From: the human T2T-CHM13v2.0 reference genome, Homo sapiens
DNA: 64,000 nucleotides
Strand: one strand, 5' to 3'
Assembly: GCF_009914755.1 (NCBI RefSeq)
Contig: NC_060948.1
The notes beneath the pieces are model-generated. The model did not search any database. It was not told the DNA's origin and saw only the letters and a list, made by a program, of their open reading frames with translations. The translations under genes and the position numbers were made by a program. The stretch's first letter is position 1. Every line of letters begins with the position of its first letter. Shown here in pieces: positions 45,501 to 60,000 of the stretch.

Positions 45501-48099
45501 CGAAGGGAAAAGACTGCAATGGAAAGGTCTCGAATGGAATGGAAATTAATGGAATGGAATGGAATCGAATGAAATGGAGTCGAAAGGAATGGAATCGAAT
45601 GGCAAGAAATCGAATGTAATGGAATCGCAAGGAATTGATGTGAACGGAACGGAATGGAATGGAATCCAAAGGAATGGAATAGAATGGAATGGAATCGAAT
45701 GGAAAGGACTCGAATGGAAATCACTCGAATAGAATACAATTTAATAAAATAGGATGAAATGTAATGGAATGGAATGGAAAGGAATCGAAACGAAAGGAAT
45801 GGAGACAGATGGAATGGAATGGAACAGAGAGCAATGGTATAGAATGGAATGGAATCATCTGGAATGGAATTGAATGGAATGGAATAATATGAAATGGAAT
45901 GCAATGGAATGGAATGGAATGCCCTTGAATTAAATGGACTGGAATGGAATGGACTCGAACAGAGTGGAATGGAAAGTGTTGAGATAGAATGGAATGGACT
46001 CCTTTGGAATGGTGTAGTATGCAATGCAATCGACTGGCAGGGAATCAAAAGGAATGTAATCGAATGGATTGGACTGGAATGCAATGGACTCGAATAGATT
46101 GGAAACGGAATGCAAAGGAATGGAATGGAATAGTATGGAATGGAATGGAAAGGAATGGAGTGGAATAGACTAGAGTGGAATGGAATGGACTGGAAAGCAA
46201 TGGACTGGAATGGAACTTTCTTGAATGGACTGGAATCAAACGGAATGGAATGCAATGCAATCAAATGGCATGGAATAAAATAGAATGAAAGAGAATCAAA
46301 TGGAATTGAATCGAATGGAATCGAATGGATTGGAAAGGAATAGAATGGAATGGAATGGAATTGAGTCAAATGGAATGGACTAGAATGGAATGGATTCGAA
46401 TGGAAGGCAAAGGAATGGAATCTATTGGAATGGACTGTAATGGAATGGAATGGAAGGGATTGGAATGGACTCGAATGGAATGGACTGCAATAGAAAGGAT
46501 TCGAATGGAATGAAAAAGAATTGAATGGAATAGAACAGAATGGAATGAAATCGAATGAAATGGAATGGAATAGAAAGGAATGGAATGAAATGGAATGGAA
46601 AGGATTCGAATGGAATGCAATCGAATGGAATGGAATCGAACGGAATGGAATAAAATGGAAGAAAACTGGCAAGAAATGGAATCGAAATGAATGGAGTGTT
46701 ATGGAACGGACTCAAAAGGAATTGAATGTAATAGAATGGAGTGGAGTGGACTCGAATATAATGGACTGGAATGGAATGAAATCACATGGAATGGGAACGA
46801 ATGGAATGGAATGGAAAGGAATGGAATGGAATGGAAACGAATCGAATGGAAGGGAATGAAATTGAATCAACAGGAATGGAAGGGAATAGAATAGACGGTA
46901 ATGGAATGGACTCGAATAGAATGGACACGAATGCTCAAATTGAATGGACTCGAATGGAATGGAAACGAAAGGAATGTCATCGAATGGAATTGAATCGATT
47001 GGAATGAAATCGCATAGAATGGAGTGGAATCAAATGGAATTGAATCGAAAGGAAAGGAAGCGAATGGACTGAAATGAAATGGAATGGAATTGAATGGAAA
47101 GTAATGCAATGGAATAGAATGGAACGAAATTTCACGGAATGGAATCAAACTGAATGGAATCAAATCAATGGAATATAATCAAATGGAATGGAAAGGAATT
47201 GAATGGAGTAGATTGGATTGGATGGGATTGGAATGAAATGTACTGGAAAGGACTCGAATTTCATGAAACGGAATGGAATGAATTGGAACGGAATGGACTC
47301 GAATGGAATGGAATGTCATGGAATGGCATCAAATGGAATGGCATCAAATGGAATGGAATCGAATGCAATGGAATGCTATGGAATGGAATGGAATGCATTG
47401 GAATGGAATGTCCTCTAATGGAATGGATTCGAGTGGAATGGAATCGAATATAATGGAGTCGAATGAAATGGAATTGAAAGGAATGGGATCGAATATAATG
47501 GAATATACTGGAATGTAATGTAATGAACTCGAATGTAATTGACTGGAATGGAATGTACATGAATGGAATGTAATCGAATGGAAAGTAATCCAATGGAATA
47601 GAATCTAATGCAATAAAATCGACTCAGATAGAGTAGAATGTAATGGAATGGAGTGCAGTGCAATGGAATGGAATGGAATGGAATGCAATGGAATGGAATG
47701 GAATGGAATGGAATGGAATGGAATGGAATGGGATGGAATGGTATGGAATGGACAGTAATGGACTGGAGTGAAATGGACTGGAAAGGAATGGACTCAAATT
47801 GAAAGGGCTCGAAAGGAATGGAGTCAAATGGAATGGTCTGGAATGGAATGAACACGAATGTAATGCAATCCAATAGAATGGAGTCGAATGGCATGGAATA
47901 TAAAGAAATGGAATCGAAGAGAATGGAAACAAATGGAATGGAATTGAATGGAATGGAATTGAATGGAATGGGAACGAATGGAGTGAAATTTTATGCAGTA
48001 GAAGAGAATAGAATGGAATGCAAGAGAAACGAAAGGAATGGATTGGAATGGAATGGAATTCATTGGAATGGAAGGGAATGTAGTGTAATGGACAGGCCT

Positions 48100-51000
48100 G
48101 GAATAAAGTGGAATGCTACGGTCTCGAATGGAATAAAAATGTATGGAATGGAATGCAATGAAACGGAATCGAATGTCATAGAATGTAATGGAATGCAAAA
48201 AAATGGAATCCAAAATCATTGACTGGAAAGGCTGGGTGTCGAAAGGAATTGACTCCAATGGAATGGAATCGAATGGAATGGAAGTGAATAGAATCGAACT
48301 AAATCGAATGGAATGGAATTGATAGGAACGGAATGGAAAGGAATGCAATGATTTGGCATGGAATGGAATCGAATGGCATCGAATGGAATGGAATGGAATG
48401 CAATGGAATGGAATGTATTAGAATGAAATGAACTTTAATGGAATGTACTCGAATGGATTCGACTGGAATGGAATGTTCTGGAAGTGAATGGACTCCAATG
48501 GAATGGATTCCAAAGGAATGGAATCGTACGGAATGGAATCTAATGGAATGGAATTAAATGGAAATGAATCAAATTGAATAGCACGGAATTGAATTGAATG
48601 GAATGGAATGCAATGGAATCTAATGAAACGGAAAGGAAAGGAATGGAATGGAATGGAATGGGCTGGAATGGAAAGGAATCGAAACGAATGGAATGGAATC
48701 GAACTGAAGAGACTGGAATGGAATGCACTGGAATGGAAGGGAGTGTAATGGAAGGTTCTCGAAAAAAATGGAATCGAATGGAATGGAATTGAATGGAACG
48801 GAATAGAGTCGAATGGAATTGAATGGAATGGAATGGACTAGAGTGAAATGGAATCGAACCACAAGGAATGGACAGGAATAGAATGGTCTCGAATTGAATG
48901 GGATCGTATGGAATGGCATCAAACGGAATGGAATGGACAGCCACGGAATGGAATGCACTCGAATGCAATGGAGTCGAAACTAATGGACTGGAATAGAATG
49001 GACTCGACTGGTACGGACTCCAATGGAATGGAATCGAATGGAAGGGAATCGAACGGAATGGACTCGAAGGGAAAAGACTGCAATGGAAAGGTCTCGAATG
49101 GAATGGAAATTAATGGAATGGATTGGAATCGAATGAAATGGAGTCAAAAGGAATGGAATCGAATGGCAAGAAATCGAATGTAATGGAATCGCAAGGAATT
49201 GATGTGAACGGAACGGAATGGAATGGAATCCAAAGGAATGGAATAGAATGGAATGGAATCGAATGGAAAGGACTCGAATGGAAATCACTCGAATAGAATG
49301 CAATTTAATAAAATAGGATCAAATGTAATGGAATGGAATGGAAAGGAATCGAAACGAAAGGAATGGAGACAGATGGAATGGAATGGAACAGAGAGCAATG
49401 GTATAGAATGGAATGGAATCATCTGGAATGGAATTGAATGGAATGGAATAATATGAAATGGAATGGAATGGAATGGAATGGAATGCCCTTGAATTAAATG
49501 GACTGGACTCGAACAGAGTGGAATGGAAAGTGTTGAGATAGAATGGAATGGACTCCTTTGGAATGGTGTAGTATGCAATGCAATCGACTGGCATGGAATC
49601 AAAAGGAATGTAATGGAATGGATTGGACTGGAATGCAATGGACTCGAATAGATTGGAAACGGAATGCAAAGGAATGGAATGGAATAGTATGGAATGGAAT
49701 GGAAAGGAATCGAGTGGAATAGACTAGAGTGGAATGGAATGGACTGGAAAGCAATGGACTGGAATGGAACTTTCTTGAATGGACTGGAATCAAACGGAAT
49801 GGAATGCAATGCAATCAAATGGCATGGAATAAAATAGAATGAAAGAGAATCAAATGGAATTGAATTGAATGGAATCGAATGGATTGGAAAGGAATAGAAT
49901 GGAATGGAATGGAATTGACTCAAATGGAATGGACTAGAATGGAATGGATTCGAATGGAAGGCAAAGGAATGGAATCTATTGGAATGGACTGTAATGGAAT
50001 GGAATGGAAGGGATTGGAATGGACTCGAATGGAATGGACTGCAATAGAAAGGATTCGAATGGAATGAAAAAGAATTGAATGGAATAGAACAGAATGGAAT
50101 CAAATCGAATGAAATGGAATGGAATAGAAAGGAATGGAATGAAATGGAATGGAAAGGATTCGAATGGAATGCAATCGAATGGAATGGAATCGAACGGAAT
50201 GGAATAAAATGGAAGAAAACAGGCAAGAAATGGAATCGAAAGGAATGGAGTGTTATGGAACGGACTCAAAAGGAATTGAATGTAATAGAATGGAGTGGAG
50301 TGGACTCGAATATAATGGACTGGAATGGAATGAAATCACATGGAATGGGAACGAATGGAATGGAATGGAAAGGAATGGAATCGAATGGAAAGGAATCAAA
50401 TGGAAGGGAATGAAATTGAATCAACAGGAATGGAAGGGAATAGAATAGACGGTAATGGAATGGACTCGAATAGAATGGACACGAATGCTCAAATTGAATG
50501 GACTCGAATGGAATGGAAACGAAAGGAATGTCATCGAATGGAATTGAATCGATTGGAATGAAATCGCATAGAATGGAGTGGAATCAAATGGAATTGAATC
50601 GAAAGGAAAGGAAGCGAATGGACTGAAATGAAATGGAATGGAATTGAATGGAAAGTAATGCAATGGAATAGAAGGGAACGAAATTTCACGGAATGGAATC
50701 AAACTGAATGGAATCAAATCAATGGAATCAAATCAAACGGAATGGAAAGGAATTGAATGGAGTAGATTGGATTGGATGGGATTGGAATGTAATGTACTGG
50801 AAAGGACTCGAATTTCATGAAACGGAATGGAATGAATTGGAACGGAATGGACTCGAATGGAATGGAATGTCATGGAATGGCATCAAATGGAATGGCATCA
50901 AATGGAATGGAATCGAATGCAATGGAATGCTATGGAATGGAATGGAATGCATTGGAATGGAATGTCCTCTAATGGAATGGATTCGAGTGGAATGGAATCG

Positions 51001-54000
51001 AATATAATGGAGTCGAATGAAATGGAATTGAAAGGAATGGGATCGAATACAATGGAATATACTGGAATGTAATGTAATGAACACGAATGTAATTGACTGG
51101 AATGGAATGTACATGAATGGAAGGTAATCGAATGGAAAGTAATCCAATGGAATAGAATCTAATGCAATAAAACCGAATCAGATAGAGTAGAATGTAATGG
51201 AATGGAGTGCAGTGCAATGGAATGGAATGGAATTGAATGCAATGGAATGGAATGGAATGGAATGGAATGGAATGGAATGGAATGGTATGGAAAGGATAGT
51301 AATGGACTGGAGTGAAATGGACTGGAGTGAAATGGACTGCAAAGGAATGGACTCAAATTGAAAGGGCTCGAAAGGAATGGAGTCAAATGGAATGGTCTGG
51401 AATGGAATGAACACGAATGTAATGCAATCCAATAGAATGGAATCGAATGGCATGGAATATAAAGAAATGGAATCGAAGAGAATGGAAACAAATGGAATGG
51501 AATTGAATGGAATGGAATTGAATGGAATGGGAACGAATGGAGTGAAATTGTATGCAGTAGAAGGGAATAGAATGGAATGCAAGCGAAAGGAAAGGAATGG
51601 ATTGGAATGGAATGGAATTCATTGGAATGGAAGGGAATGTAGTGTAATGGACAGGCCTGGAATAAAGTGGAATGCTACGGTCTCGAATGGAATAAAAATG
51701 TATGGAATGGAATGCAATGAAACGGAATCGAATGTCATAGAATGTAATGGAATGCAAAAAAATGGAATCCAAAATCATTGACTGGAAAGGCTGGGTGTCG
51801 AAAGGAATTGACTCCAATGGAATGGAATCGAATGGAGTGGAAGTGAATAGAATCGAACTAAATCGAATGGAATGGAATTGATAGGAACGGAATGGAAAGG
51901 AATGCAATGATTTGGCACGGAATGGAATCGAATGGCATCGAATGGAATGGAATGGAATGCAATGGAATGGAACGTATTAGAATGTAATGAACTTTAATGG
52001 AATGTACTCGAATGGATTCGACTGGAATGGAATGTTCTGAAAGTGAATGGACTCCAATGGAATGGATTCAAAAGGAATGGAATCGTACGGAATGGAATCT
52101 AATGGAATGGAATTAAATGGAAATGAATCAAATTGAATAGCATGGAATTGAATTGAATGGAATCGAATGCAATGGAATCTAATGAAACGGAAAGGAAAGG
52201 AATGGAATGGAATGGAATGGGCTGGAATGGAAAGGAATCGAAACGAATGGAACGGAATCGAACTGAAGAGACTGGAATGGAATGCACTGGAATGGAAGGG
52301 AGTGTAATGGAAGGTTGTCGAAAAAAATGGAATCGAATGGAATGGAATTGAATGGAACGGAATAGAGTCGAATGGAATTGAATGGAATGGAATGGACTAG
52401 AGTGAAATGGAATCGAACCACAAGGAATGGACAGGAATAGAATGGTCTCGAATTGAATGGAATCGTATGGAATGGCATCAAACGGAATGGAATGGACAGC
52501 CACGGAATGGAATGCACTCGAATGCAATGGAGTCGAAACTAATGGACTGGAATAGAATGGACTCGACTGGTACGGACTCCAATGGAATGGAATCGAATGG
52601 AAGGGAATCGAACGGAATGGACTCGAAGGGAAAAGACTGCAATGGAAAGGTCTCGAAAGGAATGGAAATAAATGGAATGGAATGGAATCGAATGAAATGG
52701 AGTCAAAAGGAATGGAATCGAATGGCAAGAAATCGAATGTAATGGAATCGCAAGGAATTGATGTGAACGGAACGGAATGGAATGGAATCCAAAGGAATGG
52801 AATAGAATGGAATGGAATCGAATGGAAAGGACTCGAATGGAAATCACTCGAATAGAATGCAATTTAATAAAATAGGACCAAATGTAATGGAATGGAATGG
52901 AAAGGAATCGAAACGAAAGGAATGGAGACAGATGGAATGGAATGGAACAGAGAGCAATGGTATAGAATGGAATGGAATCATCTGGAATGGAATTGAATGG
53001 AATGGAATAATATGAAATGGAATGGAATGGAATGGAATGGAATGCCCTTGAATTAAATGGACTGGAATGGAATGGACTCGAACAGAGTGGAATGGAAAGT
53101 GTTGAGATAGAATGGAATGGACTCGTTTGGAATGGTCTAGTAGGCAATGCAATCGACTGGCAGGGAATCAAAAGGAATGTAATCGAATGGATTGGACTGG
53201 AATGCAATGGACTCGAATAGATTGCAAACGGAATGCAAAGGAATGGAATGGAATAGTATGGAATGGAATGGAAAGGAATGGAGTGGAATAGAGTAGAGTG
53301 GAATGGAATGGACTGGAAAGAAATGGACTGGAATGGAACTTTCTTGAATGGACTGGAATCAAACGGAATGGAATGCAATGCAATCAAATGGCATGGAATA
53401 AAATAGAATGAAAGAGAATCAAATGGAATTGAATCGAATGGAATCGAATGGATTGGAAAGGAATAGAATGGAATGGAATGGAATTGAGTCAAATGGAATG
53501 GACTAGAATGGAATGGATTCGAATGGAAGGCAAAGGAATGGAATCTATTGGAATGGACTGTAATGGAATGGAATGGAAGGGATTGGAATGGACTCGAATG
53601 GAATGGACTGCAATAGAAAGGATTCGAATGGAATGAAAAAGAATTGAATGGAATAGAACAGAATGGAATGAAATCGAATGAAATGGAATGGAATAGAAAG
53701 GAATGGAAGGAAATGGAATGGAAAGGATTCGAATGGAATGCAATCGAATGGAATGGAATCGAACGGAATGGAATAAAATGGAAGAAAACTGGCAAGAAAT
53801 GGAATCGAAATGAATGGAGTGTTATGGAACGGACTCAAAAGGAATTGAATGTAATAGAATGGAGTGGAGTGGACTCGAATATAATGGACTGGAATGGAAT
53901 GAAATCACATGGAATGGGAACGAATGGAATGGAATGGAAAGGAATGGAATCGAATGGAAAGGAATCGAATGGAAGGGAATGAAATTGAATCAACAGGAAT

Positions 54001-57000
54001 GGAAGGGAATAGAATAGACGGTAATGGAATGGACTCGAATTGAATGGACACGAATGCTCAAATTGAATGGACTCGAATGGAATGGAAACGAAAGGAATGT
54101 CATCGAATGGAATTGAATCGATTGGAATGAAATCGCATAGAATGGAGTGGAATCAAATGGAATTGAATCGAAAGGAAAGGAAGCGAATGGACTGAAATGA
54201 AATGGAATGGAATTGAATGGAAAGTAATGCAATGGAATAGAATGGAACGAAATTTCACGGAATGGAATCAAACTGAATGGAATCAAATCAATGAAATCTA
54301 ATCAAATGGAATGGAAAGGAATTGAATGGAGTAGATTGGATTGGATGGGATTGGAATGAAATGTACTGCAAAGGACTCGAATTTCATGAAACGGAATGGA
54401 ATGAATTGGAACGGAATGGACTCGAATGGAATGGAATGTCATGGAATGGCATCAAATGGAATGGCATCAAATGGAATGGAATCGAATGCAATGGAATGCT
54501 ATGGAATGGAATGGAATGCATTGGAATGGAATGTCCTCTAATGGAATGGATTCGAGTGGAATGGCATCGAATATAATGGAGTCGAATGAAATGGAATTGA
54601 AAAGAATGGGATCGAATACAATGGAATATACTGGAATGTAATGTAATGAACTCGAATGTAATTGACTGGAATGGAATGTACATGAATGGAATGTAATCGA
54701 ATGGAAAGTAATCCAATGGAATAGAATCTAATGCAATAAAATCGACTCAAATAGAGTAGAATGTAATGGAATGGAGTGCAGTGCAATGGAATGGAATGGA
54801 ATGGAATGCAATGGAATGGAATGGAATGGAATGGAATGTAATTTAATGGAATGGGATGGAATGGTATGGAATGGATAGTAATGGACTGGAGTGAAATGGA
54901 CTGGAAAGGAATGGACTCAAATTGAAAGGGCTCGAAAGGAATGGAGTCAAATGGAATGGTCTGGAATGGAATGAACACGAATGTAATGCAATCCAATAGA
55001 ATGGAATCGAATGGCATGGAATATAAAGAAATGGAATCGAAGAGAATGGAAACAAATGGAATGGAATTGAATGGAATGGAATTGAATGGAATGGGAACGA
55101 ATGGAGTGAAATTGTATGCAGTAGAAGGGAATAGAATGGAATGCAAGCGAAAGGAAAGGAATGGATTGGAATGGAATGGAATTCATTGGAATGGAAGGGA
55201 ATGTAGTGTAATGGACAGGTCTGGAATAAAGTGGAATGCTACGGTCTCGAATGGAATAAAAATGTATGGAATGGAATGCAATGAAACGGAATCGAATGTC
55301 ATAGAATGTAATGGAATGCAAAAAAATGGAATCCAAAATCATTGACTGGAAAGGCTGGGTGTCGAAAGGAATTGACTCCAATGGAATGGAATCGAATGGA
55401 ATGGAAGTGAATAGAATCGAACTAAATCGAATGGAATGGAATTGATAGGAACGGAATGGAAAGGAATGCAATGATTTGGCATGGAATGGAATCGAATGGC
55501 ATCGAATGGAATGGAATGGAATGCAATGGAATGGAATGTATTAGAATGAAATGAACTTTAATGGAATGTACTCGAATGGATTCGACTGGAATGGAATGTT
55601 CTGGAAGTGAATGGACTCCAATGGAATGGATTCCAAAGGAATGGAATCGTACGGAATGGAATCTAATGGAATGGAATTAAATGGAAATGAATCAAATTGA
55701 ATAGCACGGAATTGAATTGAATGGAATGGAATGCAATGGAATCTAATGAAACGGAAAGGAAAGGAATGGAATGGAATGGAATGGGCTGGAATGGAAAGGA
55801 ATCGAAACGAATGGAATGGAATCGAACTGAAGAGACTGGAATGGAATGCACTGGAATGGAAGGGAGTGTAATGGAAGGTTCTCGAAAAAAATGGAATCGA
55901 ATGGAATGGAATTGAATGGAACGGAATAGAGTCGAATGGAATTGAATGGAATGGAATGGACTAGAGTGAAATGGAATCGAACCACAAGGAATGGACAGGA
56001 ATAGAATGGTCTCGAATTGAATGGGATCGTATGGAATGGCATCAAACGGAATGGAATGGACAGCCACGGAATGGAATGCACTCGAATGCAATGGAGTCGA
56101 AACTAATGGACTGGAATAGAATGGACTCGACTGGTACGGACTCCAATGGAATGGAATCGAATGGAAGGGAATCGAACGGAATGGACTCGAAGGGAAAAGA
56201 CTGCAATGGAAAGGTCTCGAATGGAATGGAAATTAATGGAATGGATTGGAATCGAATGAAATGGAGTCAAAAGGAATGGAATCGAATGGCAAGAAATCGA
56301 ATGTAATGGAATCGCAAGGAATTGATGTGAACGGAACGGAATGGAATGGAATCCAAAGGAATGGAATAGAATGGAATGGAATCGAATGGAAAGGACTCGA
56401 ATGGAAATCACTCGAATAGAATGCAATTTAATAAAATAGGATCAAATGTAATGGAATGGAATGGAAAGGAATCGAAACGAAAGGAATGGAGACAGATGGA
56501 ATGGAATGGAACAGAGAGCAATGGTATAGAATGGAATGGAATCATCTGGAATGGAATTGAATGGAATGGAATAATATGAAATGGAATGGAATGGAATGGA
56601 ATGGAATGCCCTTGAATTAAATGGACTGGACTCGAACAGAGTGGAATGGAAAGTGTTGAGATAGAATGGAATGGACTCCTTTGGAATGGTGTAGTATGCA
56701 ATGCAATCGACTGGCATGGAATCAAAAGGAATGTAATGGAATGGATTGGACTGGAATGCAATGGACTCGAATAGATTGGAAACGGAATGCAAAGGAATGG
56801 AATGGAATAGTATGGAATGGAATGGAAAGGAATCGAGTGGAATAGACTAGAGTGGAATGGAATGGACTGGAAAGCAATGGACTGGAATGGAACTTTCTTG
56901 AATGGACTGGAATCAAACGGAATGGAATGCAATGCAATCAAATGGCATGGAATAAAATAGAATGAAAGAGAATCAAATGGAATTGAATTGAATGGAATCG

Positions 57001-60000
57001 AATGGATTGGAAAGGAATAGAATGGAATGGAATGGAATTGACTCAAATGGAATGGACTAGAATGGAATGGATTCGAATGGAAGGCAAAGGAATGGAATCT
57101 ATTGGAATGGACTGTAATGGAATGGAATGGAAGGGATTGGAATGGACTCGAATGGAATGGACTGCAATAGAAAGGATTCGAATGGAATGAAAAAGAATTG
57201 AATGGAATAGAACAGAATGGAATCAAATCGAATGAAATGGAATGGAATAGAAAGGAATGGAATGAAATGGAATGGAAAGGATTCGAATGGAATGCAATCG
57301 AATGGAATGGAATCGAACGGAATGGAATAAAATGGAAGAAAACAGGCAAGAAATGGAATCGAAAGGAATGGAGTGTTATGGAACGGACTCAAAAGGAATT
57401 GAATGTAATAGAATGGAGTGGAGTGGACTCGAATATAATGGACTGGAATGGAATGAAATCACATGGAATGGGAACGAATGGAATGGAATGGAAAGGAATG
57501 GAATCGAATGGAAAGGAATCAAATGGAAGGGAATGAAATTGAATCAACAGGAATGGAAGGGAATAGAATAGACGGTAATGGAATGGACTCGAATAGAATG
57601 GACACGAATGCTCAAATTGAATGGACTCGAATGGAATGGAAACGAAAGGAATGTCATCGAATGGAATTGAATCGATTGGAATGAAATCGCATAGAATGGA
57701 GTGGAATCAAATGGAATTGAATCGAAAGGAAAGGAAGCGAATGGACTGAAATGAAATGGAATGGAATTGAATGGAAAGTAATGCAATGGAATAGAAGGGA
57801 ACGAAATTTCACGGAATGGAATCAAACTGAATGGAATCAAATCAATGGAATCAAATCAAACGGAATGGAAAGGAATTGAATGGAGTAGATTGGATTGGAT
57901 GGGATTGGAATGTAATGTACTGGAAAGGACTCGAATTTCATGAAACGGAATGGAATGAATTGGAACGGAATGGACTCGAATGGAATGGAATGTCATGGAA
58001 TGGCATCAAATGGAATGGCATCAAATGGAATGGAATCGAATGCAATGGAATGCTATGGAATGGAATGGAATGCATTGGAATGGAATGTCCTCTAATGGAA
58101 TGGATTCGAGTGGAATGGAATCGAATATAATGGAGTCGAATGAAATGGAATTGAAAGGAATGGGATCGAATACAATGGAATATACTGGAATGTAATGTAA
58201 TGAACACGAATGTAATTGACTGGAATGGAATGTACATGAATGGAAGGTAATCGAATGGAAAGTAATCCAATGGAATAGAATCTAATGCAATAAAACCGAA
58301 TCAGATAGAGTAGAATGTAATGGAATGGAGTGCAGTGCAATGGAATGGAATGGAATTGAATGCAATGGAATGGAATGGAATGGAATGGAATGGAATGGAA
58401 TGGAATGGTATGGAAAGGATAGTAATGGACTGGAGTGAAATGGACTGGAGTGAAATGGACTGCAAAGGAATGGACTCAAATTGAAAGGGCTCGAAAGGAA
58501 TGGAGTCAAATGGAATGGTCTGGAATGGAATGAACACGAATGTAATGCAATCCAATAGAATGGAATCGAATGGCATGGAATATAAAGAAATGGAATCGAA
58601 GAGAATGGAAACAAATGGAATGGAATTGAATGGAATGGAATTGAATGGAATGGGAACGAATGGAGTGAAATTGTATGCAGTAGAAGGGAATAGAATGGAA
58701 TGCAAGCGAAAGGAAAGGAATGGATTGGAATGGAATGGAATTCATTGGAATGGAAGGGAATGTAGTGTAATGGACAGGCCTGGAATAAAGTGGAATGCTA
58801 CGGTCTCGAATGGAATAAAAATGTATGGAATGGAATGCAATGAAACGGAATCGAATGTCATAGAATGTAATGGAATGCAAAAAAATGGAATCCAAAATCA
58901 TTGACTGGAAAGGCTGGGTGTCGAAAGGAATTGACTCCAATGGAATGGAATCGAATGGAGTGGAAGTGAATAGAATCGAACTAAATCGAATGGAATGGAA
59001 TTGATAGGAACGGAATGGAAAGGAATGCAATGATTTGGCACGGAATGGAATCGAATGGCATCGAATGGAATGGAATGGAATGCAATGGAATGGAACGTAT
59101 TAGAATGTAATGAACTTTAATGGAATGTACTCGAATGGATTCGACTGGAATGGAATGTTCTGAAAGTGAATGGACTCCAATGGAATGGATTCAAAAGGAA
59201 TGGAATCGTACGGAATGGAATCTAATGGAATGGAATTAAATGGAAATGAATCAAATTGAATAGCATGGAATTGAATTGAATGGAATCGAATGCAATGGAA
59301 TCTAATGAAACGGAAAGGAAAGGAATGGAATGGAATGGAATGGGCTGGAATGGAAAGGAATCGAAACGAATGGAACGGAATCGAACTGAAGAGACTGGAA
59401 TGGAATGCACTGGAATGGAAGGGAGTGTAATGGAAGGTTGTCGAAAAAAATGGAATCGAATGGAATGGAATTGAATGGAACGGAATAGAGTCGAATGGAA
59501 TTGAATGGAATGGAATGGACTAGAGTGAAATGGAATCGAACCACAAGGAATGGACAGGAATAGAATGGTCTCGAATTGAATGGAATCGTATGGAATGGCA
59601 TCAAACGGAATGGAATGGACAGCCACGGAATGGAATGCACTCGAATGCAATGGAGTCGAAACTAATGGACTGGAATAGAATGGACTCGACTGGTACGGAC
59701 TCCAATGGAATGGAATCGAATGGAAGGGAATCGAACGGAATGGACTCGAAGGGAAAAGACTGCAATGGAAAGGTCTCGAAAGGAATGGAAATAAATGGAA
59801 TGGAATGGAATCGAATGAAATGGAGTCAAAAGGAATGGAATCGAATGGCAAGAAATCGAATGTAATGGAATCGCAAGGAATTGATGTGAACGGAACGGAA
59901 TGGAATGGAATCCAAAGGAATGGAATAGAATGGAATGGAATCGAATGGAAAGGACTCGAATGGAAATCACTCGAATAGAATGCAATTTAATAAAATAGGA

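Noticed and set aside
45416-46672. 418-aa minus-strand ORF (also 52539-53795 and 59662-60918; 305-313-aa versions elsewhere)
   Set aside because: This is the IPFHS-type translation of (ATTCC)n. The length changes between units through single stop-removing substitutions (GGATCAAAT to GGATGAAAT or GGACCAAAT) and frame-changing 5n indels, so there is no sign of coding constraint.
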